NCBI GenBank assembly: GCA_951406725.2
Contig: OX597836.1
Location: 17,050,001 to 17,114,000, forward strand
Source of the DNA: Octopus vulgaris
Taxonomy: Eukaryota
Reading direction: 5' to 3'
DNA: 64,000 nt
The notes under the pieces were generated by a model. That model worked only from the letters and a program-made list of their open reading frames with translations, did no database searches and was not told the DNA's origin. Shown piece by piece: positions 12,516 to 26,259 of the stretch; the first letter of the stretch is position 1, and every line of letters begins with the position of its first letter. Position numbers and translations under genes: made by a program.

Positions 12516-14709
12516 TGATTTCAAATTTTGCCACAAGGGCAGCCATTTTAGGGGAGGGAACTAGTTGATTACATCGATCCTAGTGCATAACTGGTACTTA
12601 GTTTATCAACCTTGAAAGGATGAAAGGCAAAATCAACCTCAGTGGAATTTGAACTCAGAAAGTATTGATGGGTGAATAATCCTTTCTATTATAAGCCCAA
12701 GGCCCGATATTGGGGGGCATGGGGCAAGTTGATTAACTTCAGTGTGTAACTGGTACTTATTTAATTGACCCCAAAAGGATCAGCGACAGGCAAATCATAA
12801 TAACGATTATGAGTTGTGGATGGAGCGTTTCATATTCATAAGATATTATTTGAGATTATTCATAATAACTATGAATCTCAAGTCTTCTTCCATCACGATG
12901 TGTATGCTTCGTCAGGCATGACATTAATGGTTATGTCATGATATATTAATAAAGCTTATAAATTTCCATCTGCAAGTCACAATCATTATTATTATATTTA
13001 TCATAATCTGAAAGAGTTCGACTTATATAACCATTCCACTGGATTACACTGGGAGATGAGACTCACAGTTGGTAGCTGACAATAAAAGGCACAGAAGCTT
13101 TTAAGAGTCCATTCTGAGGCATTTGCTCAAAGCAAATTAAACAGACATCATCATCATCATCGTCATATAGGCGCCGGAGTAGCTGTGTGGTAAGTAGCTT
13201 GCTTACCAACCGCATGGTTCCAGGTTCAGTCCCACTACGTGGCACTTTGGGCCAGTGTCTGCTACTATAGCCTCGGGTTGACCAAAGCCTTGTGAGTGGA
13301 TTTGGTAGACGGAAACTGAAAGAAGCTTGTCGTATATATGTATATATATATATATATATATCATCATCATCATTTAGCGTCCATTTTCCATGCTAGCATG
13401 GGTTGGACGATTCAACTGGGGTCTGTGAAGCCAGAAGGCTGCACCAGGCCCAGTCTGATCTGGCAGTGTTTCTACGGCTGGATGCCCTTCCTAACGCCAA
13501 CCACTCCGTGAGTGTAGTGGGTGCTTTTTACGTGCCCCCCGCACAGGTGCCAGACGGAGCTGGCAAACAGCCACGGATGGATGGTGCTTATATATATATA
13601 TATATATGCGTGTGTGTGTTTGTCACCCCCAACATCGCTTGACAACCGATGCTGGTGTGTTTACGTCCCCATAAATTAGCGGTTTGGCAGAAGAGACCGA
13701 TAGAATAAGTACTAGGCTTATAAAGAATAAGTCCTGGAGTCGATTTGCTCGACTAAAGGCGGTGCTCCAGCATGGCCGCAGTCAAATGACTGAAACAAGT
13801 AAAAGAGTAAAAGAGTAAAGAGTATACAACAAAAAACTAATAATAATACATATACAACAACAAAAAAAAAGCCATGGGCTAACAGACAGACACGTGTGGA
13901 GTAATATAAAGGAGACATGAAAAATATCATAAAGGACACATATGTATGTGTGTGATGTGTATGTGTGTGTGTGTGTGTGAATATACCTTGTGTACATAAG
14001 TACAAATATGTACATAATTGTGTGTACGTGCATGTATATATGTGTATGTATATATGTATGAGTGTCAGCTGTTACCATCATCTCGTGTAGTTTCAGGCCA
14101 GTCATAAATAAACAGACTTATTCTTTAAGACATTCCAGCTGTGGCCATCCTATCTCATTTCTCTTTTGTTCTTCCTACCATAAATGTACCTTGTACTAAT
14201 GTGACCTTATTTTTATTTTGAAAGACAGAGGGCTGTAATATGAAGATTTGGTTGCTATTTCTAGCAAAAAAAAAGTGGTTATACAACCAGTTTCTCATTG
14301 GCAGACATTTGATACATGTATGCGTGATGCGTGGGTGGGTGAGAGTATGTTTGTGTATGTATGTATGTGTGTGTGTGTGTAAGATGTATGTGTGCGTCTC
14401 TCTCTCTCTTTCTCTCTCTCTGTACTGTGTGTATCAAACTGTGTGTATATATGTATACATCAATCTGTGATTGTGTTTGTGTGTCTACGTCTATCTGTGA
14501 ATGTGTGTGTGTGCATGCGTTTGTGTGTAGAATCATCTGTGTGTGAGCACCTCACTCTGTGGTTGTGTGTGTATATGTCCACATCTATTTGTGAATCTGT
14601 GTGTGTGAGTGTGGACTTCAATTTCTGCATGTATGCATGCATATGCACAGTTGTCCATGTCTGTGTGTTTAGACATGTATGTGTGTATGTGTAGATATAT
14701 GCAAACATA

Positions 14710-14747
<38 letters not shown>

Positions 14748-15136
14748 GAGCGAGGTCGTTGCCAGTGCCGCTGGACTGGCTCCTGTGCAGGTGGCACGTA
14801 AAAAGCACCATTTGAGCGTGGCCGTTGCCAGTACCACCAAACTGGCCCTCATGCCGGTGGCACATAAAAGCACCCACTACACTCTCGGAGTGGTTGGCGT
14901 TAAGAAGGGTATCCAGCTGTAGAAACTCTACCAGATCAGACTGGAGTCTGGTTCGCCAGACCTCAGTCAAATCATCCAACCCATGCTAGCATGGAAAGCG
15001 GACGTTAAATGATGATGATATATATTTATATATATGTTTAGATATGTGTGTATGTGTATATATATGCAAACATACGTGTGTGTGTATATATATTTATATA
15101 TATGTTTGTATAAGTGTGCATGTGCATTTATGTATG

Positions 15137-15790
15137 TCATCATCATCATCATTTAACATCCATTTTCCATGCTGGCATGGGTTAGACGGTTCAACTGGAG
15201 ATGGTAAGCCGGAGAGCTGCCCCAGAATCCACTTTGTTTTGGCTTAGTTTCTATAGCTGGATGCCTTTCCTAACCCCAACCACTCCACAGAGTGTACTTG
15301 GTACCTTTTATGTTTCACTAGCATGGATGCCTTTTACATGTCACTGGTACACATGCCTTTTATGTGTGACTAGCACAGGGACCTTTTATTTGTCTCCCAC
15401 ATGGGTTCCCCTCACATGTCACTGGCACTAGGCCACAAACATGATTTCACTTAGCTTGACATGTCTTCTGAAGCAAAGAAATGTGCCACAAGTCTCGGTC
15501 TCTTGTCATTGCTTCCGTGGGACTCAGAATCTGAAGATCACATTTTACCATCTTGTCCCATGACTTTTTGATTCTATGTCTTCCACAAGCTCCTGCCACA
15601 ATTAGAGACCAGCACTTCTTTATGCAGCTGTCTTCATCCATATGCATCGTATGACCATAAGGACACAGTCTTCTCTCCTGCACACTACATCTGATGCCTC
15701 TTACACCCAATTTTTGTCTTAAAATATCTTCGCTCCATCATACATGTACACTGACATTGCACATCCGGTGGAGCATGCTGGTTTCATTTC
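15137..15790 (-). mobile_element. RTE-clade LINE 3' end (ORF C-terminus, 3'UTR, (GAT)n tail)
   Basis: LGVRGIRCSVQERRL.YGH...GRHRIKKSWDKMVKCDLQ...TRDRDLWH, continuing into the ggcatccagct...aacccatgccagcatggaaa...(GAT)n tail. Confidence 0.85.
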
Positions 15791-16974
15791 TTATTTCTTT
15801 ACTGCCCACAAGGAGCTAAACAAGGAGAGACAAACGGATTAAGTCGATTATATCAACCCCAGTGCATAACTGGTACTTAATTTATCGACCCCAAAAGGAT
15901 GAAAGGCAAAGTCGACCTCGGCGGAATTTGAACTCAGAATGTAGTGGCAGACAAAATACCTATTTCTTTACTACCCACAAGGGGCTTAAACACAGAGAGG
16001 ACAAACGGATTAAGTCATTTATATCAACCCCTGTGCGTAACTGGTATGTAATTTATCGACCCCGAAAGGATGAAAGGCAAAGTTGACCTCAGAACATAGC
16101 GGCAGATGAGATACCTATTTCTTTACCTCCCATAAGGGGCTAAACACAGAGAGGACAAACAAGGACAGACAAACGGATTAAGTTGATTATATTGACCCCT
16201 GTGTGTAACTGGTACTTAATTTATCGACCCCGAAAGGATGAAAGTCAAAGTCGACCTTGGCGGAATTTGAACTCAGAACATAGCGGCAGACAAAATACCG
16301 CTAAGCATTTTGCCCTGCGTGTTAATGTTTCTGCCAGCTCGCCGCCTTGGCTTTATTTCTTTCAAGTCTTTGTATGTCCTCTGCAGTCACAGCCCATGTT
16401 TCACTGCCATGCAACGTGGCTGTTCGCACACAGGCATCATACAATCTGCCCTTCATTTTGTGGGAGAAACCCTTTGTTACCATCAAAGGTAGAAGTTCTC
16501 TGAACTACACTCTCAGTGCATCCACCTCCACTGCTGACTTGGTCACCAAGGTAACAGAAACTTTCTACTATTTCTAAGTATCACTGGCAGGTTGTAAGCG
16601 TATACAGGCATTTATGTGTGTACGTGTGCATATGTATATATATATATATATATAGGTCTTGTTTGTGTGTGTGTGTGTATACAAATATACACCTTGTATT
16701 GTCAAGAATAGCAAGTTGTCTGCATATAGGGGTGTAACATGTAAATTGCTGCAAAGTGCAATATGAAGCTGCATACATTTGCAGCAGTTATCACCACATA
16801 CACACATACACTCTCACACACACACACTCACACGCATACACACACTCTCTCTCTCTCTCTCTCTCTAAGTAATTTCTGGTATCATTCTTACTCCTGCCTC
16901 TTGAGGCTGCCAACTGTTATTGTTGGTGCCAAGCAGAATTACTAGTAGGGTGTGGTGATGAAACTGAAACAGAA

Positions 16975-17029
<55 letters not shown>

Positions 17030-17227
17030 CTCATAAGTCAGTCTGTTATTTGTAAACACTCCCCCACCACAACCATCTCATTCTTTTAGCTTTGTTGGGT
17101 TTAAAATTGCTACGAGGTGGTTGAGGTGTGTTAGTGTCAATGTTTCACAAGTTCTCACAACTGGTACATTACATGCTAAATATATATGTATATATATATA
17201 TATATACTTTATTTAAAAGCAGCAAAA

Positions 17228-17265
17228 CTGTCCGATGAATGGGAACGTGAAACTCTGAGTAACAG
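17228..17265 (+). ncRNA. Hammerhead-like variant (CCGAUGA core) in a Penelope-like remnant within (TA)n
   Basis: ctgt-CCGATGA-...-GAAACTC-t-GAGT-A-acag. Stem I ctgt/acag and stem III actc/gagt; stem II is poor. Element bounded by inverted ctttatttaaaagca/tgcttttaaataaag. Confidence 0.45.
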
Positions 17266-18663
17266 CATTTGTTAAATTTCTGGTGCTTTTAAATAAAGCA
17301 TATTACTCTATCTCTGGTATTTGAGTACTCTTTTTTTCCACCTTGTTTCACATTTATGTGCTTACTCCGGTGTATTTCTATATATATATATATGATGGCT
17401 GTGTGGTAAGTAGCTTGCTTATGAACCACATGGTTCTGGGTTCAGTCCCACTTCGTGGCACCTTGGGCAAGTGTCTTCTGCTATAGCCTCAGGCCGACCA
17501 AAGCTATGTGAGTGGATTTGGCAGACGGAAACTGAAAGAAGCCCGTCATATATGTGTGTGTGTGTGTCTGTGTTTGTCCCCCCAACATCGTTTGACAACT
17601 GATGTTGGTGTGTTTACGTCCCCATAACTTAGCGGTTCGGCAAAAAGATACTGTTAGAATAAGTACTAGGCTTACAAAGAATAAGTCCTGGGGTCGATTT
17701 GTTCGACTAAAGGCGGTGCTCCAGCATGGCCGCAGTCAAATGACTGAAACAAATAAAAGAGTAAAAGAGAGTATACCTGTTACATCAAAGGACAGCAGGA
17801 CACTTATCCTGCAGAAACACATGTTGGATTGGAATTTGATGAGAATAATACTTTCAAAATTGTAATCGATCAACCTCAATGGAATTTGTAGCTGTGATAC
17901 CAGTGCCGGTGGCACATAAGAGAACCATCGAAACATGGCTGTAGCCAGCGCCGCCCTGACTGGCCTCCATGCTGGTAGCACGTAAAAAGCACCATCCGAT
18001 TGTGGCCGTTTGTCAGCCTCGTCTTGTCTCCGTGCCGTTGATATGTAAAAAGCACCATCCAATCGTGGCCGTTGCCAGCTTCGTCTGGTCTCCGTGCCGT
18101 TGGTATGTAAAAAGCACCATCTGATCGTGGCCGTTGCCAGTGGCACGTAAAAAGCACCCACTACACTCATGGAGTAGTTGGTGTTAGGAAGGGCATCCAG
18201 CTGTAGAAACACTGCCAGATCAGACTGGGCCTGACGCAGCCTACTGGCTTCCCAGACCCCAGTTGAACCGTCCAACCCATGCTAGCATGGAAAGCGGACG
18301 CTAAACGATGATGAAGATGATGATGATGAATACTTTGATAAATAAATTTTGAAGATGTATAATTCACCATTCTCCCCTATCATGTCTTGATTATATACTC
18401 TGTTTGCTATGTGAAATCCAGTGAAATGAACTCAGGGGTTACCTACCAAAATTAAGTACCATTTAATTGCTTATCTTATGCTCCCTGACATTCGATGTGG
18501 TTAGTCAGATCTGGATTATATCAGAGTGCTAATAAGGTACCTGGCAAGATTCCAAACCCCTATTCCTTCATGTTATACATACATACATATAATATATATA
18601 ATACATATATATATATATATACATATATATATTATACATACATATAATATATATACATATATT

Positions 18664-18726
<63 letters not shown>

Positions 18727-18836
18727 CATATATATATATATATATAACACACACACATATATTTATGGATGCATATGTATGCCAGCATACTCATATGTAT
18801 ATACATGTGGGTGTGTATATTCTATACAAAAATGTT

Positions 18837-18870
<34 letters not shown>

Positions 18871-19498
18871 CTCTTATGTCATATTCATCATTTTTCTAAT
18901 CTTTTTCATCTATATTATTAAATATATGTATACATATATATATATATATATATATATGCATATATACGTATGTGTACATACATGTACACACACACACAAA
19001 TGGGTGGATATATATATGCACACTTTCTAGTTAAAGTGTTTGTGGAAGTAGTAGAAGCAACACCCATAAATAGCTGAATTTGGTCCAACGTACCAAGAAA
19101 GATGAAAAATGTGATAAAATTTGTATATCTACAGTGATTATTATCATTGTTACTGTTGCTGTTGTTGTTGTCATTGTTATTATTATTATTATTATTGTTG
19201 TTGTTGTTGAAGGTGGTGAGCTGGCAGAATTGTTAGCAGACAAGAGGAAATGCTTATTTGCATTTTTTTTTTTCTGGCTTTGCATTCCAAGTTCAAGTTC
19301 TGCTGAGGTGGGTTGACATTGCCATTCATCGTTTTTGGGGTCATTGAAATAAGTACCAGTCAAGGACTGGGGTCGATGTAAATCAACATCTCTCTCTCTC
19401 TTCAAAAAACTGCTGGCCCTGTGCCAAAATTTGGACCCAGTCTTCTTCTTCCTTTCTTCTCCTTCTCCCCTGCCTCCCCCTCCTTCTTCTTCTTCTTC

Positions 19499-19955
19499 AC
19501 CCTTTCGTAACCATATTTCTGTTGAGATGTTCTGTGTTTCTTCCAATTAATTTTAAATATAACAAAGAATTTAGTAAAATAACTTAGTTATCATTAAGCT
19601 AGTGTGAGGAACATAAATTGTGACTAAGGTTTGGTGGAAGATTTTAATTTAAAACTTATGAAAACAAGACATTTGTACTCAGAGCCAGAGCCGGTTTCAG
19701 CCGGGTTGGTATCAAAAGGGTTAAAAATATCATGGTGACTTTAACCCTTTTGTTACCTTATTTCTATTGAGATGCTCCATGTTTCTTTCAATTAATTTAA
19801 AATATAACAAAGAATTTAGTAAAATAACTTAGTTATCATTAAGCTAGTGTTTGGAACATCAACTGTGACTAAGGTTTGGTGGAAGATTTCAATTCAGAAC
19901 TTTTGAAAAGAAGACATTTGTACTACAGAGCCAGAGGCAGTTTCAGGCAGGTTAA
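19499..19955. mobile_element. Two tandem reverse-orientation copies of the same piggyBac-type MITE
   Basis: 19499-19720 and 19745-19951 are reverse complements of the 1467 element, with TTAA junctions. Confidence 0.8.
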
Positions 19956-20329
19956 TAATAATAATAATAATCATAATAATGAAATTATTGTATACAGTGC
20001 TGGGGCCAATGTAATTGACTTATCCCCTCTCCTGAAATTGCTGGCCTTGTACCAAAATTTGAAACCAATATTAAGGGCAGTGCTCCAGCATGGCCACAGT
20101 CAAATGACTGAAACAAGTAAAAGAGTAAAGTGTATAATCACAATATTTGCAAAATTAGTTCTTAAATTAAAAAATGTTAATTATTAAAAAAAAAATTTAA
20201 ACAAAAGCAGGTTAACATAGGCCTAATGGAAAGATTTTCTGTAAGCACTTGCACAGTCTTCAGCTTCCCAAATTATTTTTTCATATAAAAATTTTAAAGA
20301 AATTTTTTATTTATTTATATATATATATA

Positions 20330-20360
<31 letters not shown>

Positions 20361-21052
20361 ATATATGTATATACATACACACACAAACATGTACGCAGCA
20401 GGATTCTGCACAGTTTCCATCTACTAAATTCAAGCAAAAGGCATCGGTTGTCAAGCAATGTTGGGGGAACAAACACAAACAGATATCATCATCATCATTT
20501 AACGTCCGTTTTCCGTTACCTGGTATGGGTTGGACAGTTTGACTGGGACTACAATTCAGTTGACAGTAACCTCAAACTTCTGTCTTGCTTGTCTTTGTCC
20601 GATAGTCTGATGAAGGCAAGCAAGCTGAATCTTGCTATAGTATTCACTGTCAACATTTGTCTGGATAAAGCTTTATGAACATATCCTCTAGAAAAAGTAT
20701 TGAGCAAACCTTCAGTTTAATAAACACGTCTTATATAACTCGACATAAAAAATAAATATTTATGTGTATATTGAAACTTACTCAGTCGACATACAAACAT
20801 AATAAATCTATAAGAAAAAGGACGAACAGACTTAATTGATTTTCGAAACTTATTGGGTTTTCATCAGGTATCTCCATCAATTGACCAATCCCAGAGAAAC
20901 AAGAAGGCAATCAATATACACAACAAATAGCCAGGTAGCTTCATGTGTATCTCTGTCTGTCTGTTTGTCTCTATACATATATACATATACATAACTATAT
21001 CTCTCTATATATATCCTTTTAATTTGTTTATAGCAAATATATATATATCAAT

Positions 21053-21442
21053 AGGTGCAGGAGTGGCTGTGTGGTAAGTAGCTTGCTTACCAACCACATG
21101 GGTCCGGGTTCAGTCCCACTGCGTGGCATCTTGGGCAAGTGTCTTCTGCTATAGCCCCAGGTCGACCAATGCCTTGTGAGTGGATTTGGTAGACAGAAAC
21201 TGAAAGAAGCCTGTCGTATATATGTATATGTATGTATGTATGTGTGTTTGTCCCCCTAGCATTGCTTGACAACCGATGCTGGTGTGTTTACGTCCTCGTC
21301 ACTCAGCGGTTCGGCAAAAGAGACCAATAGAATAAGTACTGGGCTTACAAAGAATAAGTCCCGGGGTCGATTTGCTCGACTAATGGCGGTGCTCCAGCAT
21401 GGCCGCAGTCAAATGACTGAAACAAATAAAAAAGAGTAAAGA
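21053..21442 (+). mobile_element. tRNA-derived SINE family A, full length; other copies at ~29-191, 7963-8530, 12232-12388, 13169-13820, 17396-17770, 40216-40541(-), 41117-41440, 46860-47140(-), 58636-59035(-), 59263-59710, 59716-60075
   Basis: Pol III A-box TGGCTGTGTGG and B-box GGTTCAGTCCC, CORE-like ttgggcaagtg, internal (TA/TG)n, tail gaaacaagtaaaagagtaaaag. Confidence 0.9.
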
Positions 21443-21498
21443 GTATATATATGCTTAAATGTATTTGTTTACCCAAATAAATAGTACTTCATATTTGA

Positions 21499-21579
21499 GG
21501 CTCTGATGAAGCTATAAGGTGTTACTCAGGCGCTCAACTATGAGTGCACTGCATCTCATAGCAGAAACAGCTGTAAGCT
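21499..21579 (+). ncRNA. Hammerhead-ribozyme-like motif; degraded paralog at 27165-27246
   Basis: ggct-CTGATGA-a-gctat...atagc-a-GAAACAGCTGT-A-agct. Palindromic stem III ACAGCTGT. The second copy has ggct/agcc stem I but a damaged CTGA box. Confidence 0.55.
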
Positions 21580-22189
21580 AATTGTTTATTTCTTTGTCAT
21601 CTCATTTTGTCTTATTAATGATAGTATTATTTAATTTGTCCATGCAAGGAATTTTCTATTAGAACTTCTTCAGACAGAGAAATTAAATAACAATAGTATT
21701 GTGGCTGTGTGGTAAGTAGCTTGCTTACCAACCACCAAATCGTCCAACCCATGCCAGCATGGAAAGCGGATGTTAAACAATGATGATGATAATGGTTCCG
21801 GGTTCCGTCCCACTGTGTGGCACTTTGGGCAAGTGTCTTCTACTATAGCCTCGGGCCGACCAAAGCCTTGTGAGTTGATTTGGTAGATGGAAACTGAAAG
21901 AAGCCTGTCAGCATCCACTACATTCTCAGAGAGGTTGGCATTAGGAAGGGCATCCAGCTGTAGAAACATTGCCAGATCAGATTGGGGCCTGGTACAGCTG
22001 CTAGCTCTCCAAACCTCAGTCAAACTGTCCAACCCATACCAGCATGGAAAACAGACGTTAAATGATGATGATGATATATGTTCGTGTTTGTCCCCCCAAC
22101 ATCGCTTGACAACCGATGCTGGGGTGTTTATGTCCCTGTAACATATCAGTTCAGCAACAGAGACTGATAGAATAAATAGTAGGCTTACA

Positions 22190-22965
22190 AAGAAAAAGTC
22201 CTGGGGTTGATTTGCTTGAATAAAGGCAGTGCTCCAACATAGCTGCAGACAAATGACTGAAACAAATAAAAGAATAATTTTCCATAGATGTATAACTTTG
22301 TAATTCCTATTAGCAAATGAAACATGTGTAATGGAAAGTAAATAATACCAACAAATTTCTGGTTTTGTTATACATATGTAAACAATACACATGTATATAT
22401 CATTAAATTTATGTACAAAAGGGTGCTGAAATGCTCCTGGTTTTAAGGGTATTGTGAAAGGCCTGGTTGGAGGCCCAAACTCCCGAGTTATTTTACAGGG
22501 CTTAGAAAATCCGAACAACTGCTGCAATAAGTGTGTGAATCTGAGGGGGGAATATGTTGAATAAAAAGTCCTGGGGTTTTTTGCTTGAATAAAGGCAGTG
22601 CTCCAGCATGGCTGCAGACAAATGACTGAAACAAATAAAAGAATAATTTCTCTGTCTGAAGAATTTTCCATGGATGTCTATATAACATGTATAACTTTGT
22701 AATTCCTATTAGCAAATGAAACATGTGTAATGGAAAGTAAATAATACCAACAGATTTCTGGTTTTGTTATACATATGTAAACCATACACATGTACATATC
22801 ATTAAATTTATGTACAAAGGGGTGCTGAAACGTTCCTGGTTTTAAGGATATTGTGAAAGGCCTGGTTGGAGGTCCAATATTCCGAGTTCTTTCCACAGGG
22901 CTTAGAAAAACTGAAGGACCGCTACAATAAGTGTGAATCTGAGAGGGGAATATGTTGGATAAAAT
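22190..22965. repeat. Tandem duplication of ~370-400 bp (SINE tail, unique spacer, MITE half)
   Basis: aaaagtcctgggg...aactttgtaattcctattagcaaatgaaacatgtgtaatggaaag...gaatatgttg occurs twice. Confidence 0.85.
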
Positions 22966-23030
22966 CATAATTAATCGATCCTCTTATATTTTCTTTTACC
23001 CAAAGCCAGGAACTTTTCAGTAACCCCTTG
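22815..23030 (+). mobile_element. Mariner-derived MITE (~220 bp); related copies at ~22413-22565, 32143-32361 and 52970-53610
   Basis: TIRs TA|CAAAGGGGTGCTGAAACGTTCCTGG ... CCAGGAACTTTTCAGTAACCCCTTG|TA. Retains the mariner C-terminal coding end (GLEKLKDR..KC..LRGEYVE*). Confidence 0.75.
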
Positions 23031-23098
23031 TACAGTTAACCACATATACTAACTCTACTCTTCAAGAAATGAGGGAGCTTGTATGTAGTCATTGAATC

Positions 23099-23418
23099 TA
23101 CAAGAAACAGCAGCTAATCTCCCTCAAAACTGCTGCATTAAAAAAAAAAGTATGGATGGATATATTGAATGAAGATGAAATAGTCTTGTTTACTTTATAT
23201 CTGAAAAGAAAAATGATAATCAGAAAGACAGGAGGGTCACAACTGGAACGTCTCTGATCATACAAGAAACAGCAGCTAATCTCCCTCAAAACTGCTGCAT
23301 TAAAAAAAAAGTATGGAAGGATATACTGAATGAAGATGAAATAGTCTTGTTTACTTTATGTCTGAAAAGAAAAATGATAATCAGAAAGGAAGGTCACAAC
23401 TGGAACGTCTCTGATCAT
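23099..23418. repeat. Tandem duplication of ~160 bp
   Basis: tacaagaaacagcagctaatctccctcaaaactgctgc...ggtcacaactggaacgtctctgatcata occurs twice. Confidence 0.9.
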
Positions 23419-24022
23419 AGAACAACTTGATGAGAACTGGCCAGGAATAAGGTTAAACAACAACGTCAATGAGAACAATTAATAAATAATAAATACAACA
23501 GCAGTTATGTCACTTGAGGTGACCATATTTATTTTAGAGATAATGGAATCCATTGCTCAAGAGTCCAGTATGTTTGACTGTGTGTCCAGTAGTGGTGGGC
23601 AGCTGTGGAGGGCCAGAGCCAGTGTAAGACAGGAGGGTATATGAAACCCGGACATGACTGACCCATCCACCCGACAACCAGCATGGGAAACAAACCAATT
23701 ACAATTTGTCTGTCTGTCTGTTTGTCTCTCATGCAAGCCCTACCCTGCTTCTGAACTGACCACACATCAACGATCATCTCCACACAATCTCACTCCCCAC
23801 CGGGCAATGTCCTATGTTGTGGTGGTGGTGGTGGTGGTGGTGCTGGTGAGTGGTTGGTTGATTGGTGGTGGTCAGTCAGATGGAGCTGCTCAGAGAAAAG
23901 GTCCATAATAAACTATGGCATGGAGATGAGAGGAAGTGGAGAGAAGGGTGTCATTTATTTTTTTCCCATGTGGTGTGTATGTTTATTATTATTATTATTA
24001 TTATTATTATTGTTGTTATAAC

Positions 24023-24260
24023 TTGGGCTTGGAGTTACTGACACAGCACAGAAAAGGGTCATCAATGTCATCACTGATGCTGCAGAGGAAGCCACAAGGT
24101 GGCTTTAGATAAAGAGGACAAACCAGTGGATTTGCTGCAGTTGGGATCCCTAGCTAGGGCTTGACCAAACTATTGCTGGGTCAACTGGGCAAGGTGGGGG
24201 TGGGGTCTGATGATGAAAGACCCAAAACATCACAGAGCATCTGTGAGACATATCTTGAAG
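24023..24260 (+). mobile_element. 3' fragment of a HERO-like (restriction-like-endonuclease) non-LTR retrotransposon
   Basis: GLGVTDTAQKRVINVITDAAEEATRWL*IKR resembles the C-terminal 'AAE.ASRWLWIKR' motif of HERO-type elements (recognised from memory). Lies next to an (ATT)n tract. Confidence 0.6.
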
Positions 24261-24483
24261 AAACTGTGTGTGGAATTGATGCTTGGTTTGCGGGAGAGGA
24301 GCGATTAGGCTCTGGAATAAGAGAAAAATCTCTTTGGTCATGTATTTCTTTGCGAACTGAAGAGGTGTTGGGGTGAGGTGTGTGTGAATGATGTGGGGTG
24401 GAATTTGGTTTTTAATTAAAAAAAAAAATTTTTTTTTCTGTATTTCAGTTTCAAAAAGAATGCTTTAAAAGTGTCTATGTGTA

Positions 24484-25934
24484 CCAGATTGAGTCAAAAG
24501 TTTTTTCAGATTTTCACAGATGATTTTGGGTTACTTGTATCTCCATGTTATATCATTAATTTGATACAATTTGTTGTCCAATTGTTGGATATAAACATTA
24601 AGTTTTTATTCTTTATTTTACAGCTTTGATAATGAATGATGAAAAAACTACAATTGGGGGCCAAAGGACTGAGGGCAAGGGCAGCAGTAAAAGAAATTAA
24701 CGATGTGGAAGGCCCAGGAACTGCTAACGAACACACGAGGCACAAAACTGGATCAGACATTTTAAGGGAGGTGACACAAAGGTTAGGGTGCCCAAGGTTA
24801 GGGAGACCTTCAGTTGTGGAAGATGAGGTCTTGCTTGAAGGGTTGAACAACAACCAAGCACAAGCACTTGTACATTATCAGCAGAACTTGGTCCTCCGCA
24901 AAGCACTATTAATCAACACCTCCCTAAGTTTGGCCTTGTGAATAGACACTGTTAAGAAGTTCCTCACGACCAGGCTCGATGATGTGTGGACATTTGCAAG
25001 CAACTGCTGGCAAGTCCTCAAAATGCCTATTTTTGGCATTGAACTGTAAGTGGGAATGAAAAATGTATCTATTTTTGTAATCCTAATAAGAGAAATCAGT
25101 GGCTTTGTTCCAGCCAGGCTTCAGAACCTGTTGACAAACAAGAGCTGTTTAAACAGAAGGTCATGATGTGTGTTTGGTGGAATTTTGAGGGGGCGTTACA
25201 CTCTGAGGTTGTCCCACATGGTCATGCTGTGAATGCTAACTTTTATGTTCAACAACCTCAGTGAGTATATAATGCTTTGAAAGCCCACTATCAAGCATTG
25301 GTCAATCAAAGATGTGCACCCCTAAAGCATGATAACACCCCAGCTTATACTGCCAATGTAACCAGACAGAAACTCGATGGGCTTAAGAAGGGGGCGAGCT
25401 GGCAGAAATGCTTAGTGGTATTTCATCTGCCGTTACATTCTGAGTTTAAATTCTGCCGAGGTCGACTTTGCCTTTCATCCTTTCGGGGTCGATAAATTAA
25501 GTACCAGTTACACACTGGGGTCCATATAATCAACTTAATCCCTTTGTTTATCCCCTTGTGGGTAATAAAGAAATAAGAAACTCGATGGGCTGGAAGTGCT
25601 GCCTCACTCTGCCTACAGTCCACCATAAATCCTTAAAAATGTTTTAGCCCGAAGGGCACGACCATGCTGGGGCACCACATCTTTTCTGAACCGTGGCTCA
25701 TATCCTGCACGGACGGAGGTTCAGCAATGTAGATGAGGTTGAAAACGGGTGCAGGGAGATTCTTTGCCTCTAAACCATCCAAATGGTATAAGCATGGAAT
25801 TGAGCTTCTGGCACAACAATGGCAACAACAGACAATAGAATATGATGGGATATATTTTGATGAATAAATGCTTCACGTATGTAATTTGTTTGAAATAAAG
25901 CTTAAAATATGAAAAAATTTTTGACTAAACCTGG
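24484..25934 (+). mobile_element. Full-length but inactivated mariner element with TIRs and TA target duplication
   Basis: TA|CCAGATTGAGTCAAAAG at 24482 pairs with ...TTTTTGACTAAACCTGG|TA at 25936. Transposase remnants AAVKEINDVEGPGT, PRLGRP, KVMMCVWWNFEG, HDNTPAYTA, PHSAYSP. SINE inserted at ~25384-25578. Confidence 0.9.
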
Positions 25935-26209
25935 TATGTGTGTGTCTGTAAATATATATGTTTATATATAAAATTAAATAAGGGTAGAAATTGATATTAA
26001 TCAATTAAAACCAGTGGCCTAGCATATTTAAAAAAAAAAATCTGAAGATTAAAAATTTTTTTTACATACAAAATTTAGAGGACTGACCACTAAAAATGGA
26101 GAGCCTGTATGCTAGATATAGATGTTCTTCATGGAAAATGGCGATTTTGATGTCTATATCTAGCGTACAGGCTGTCCATTTTTAGTGGTCAGTCCTCTAA
26201 ATTTTGTAT

Positions 26210-26259
<50 letters not shown>

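Noticed and set aside
15787-16348. Regularly repeated units resembling a CRISPR-like array
   Set aside because: Tandem partial SINE-B copies in a eukaryotic genome; no unique spacers and no cas genes.
21670-22671. 333-aa minus-strand ORF
   Set aside because: Chance read-through of chimeric SINE, LINE-tail and tandem-duplicated sequence.
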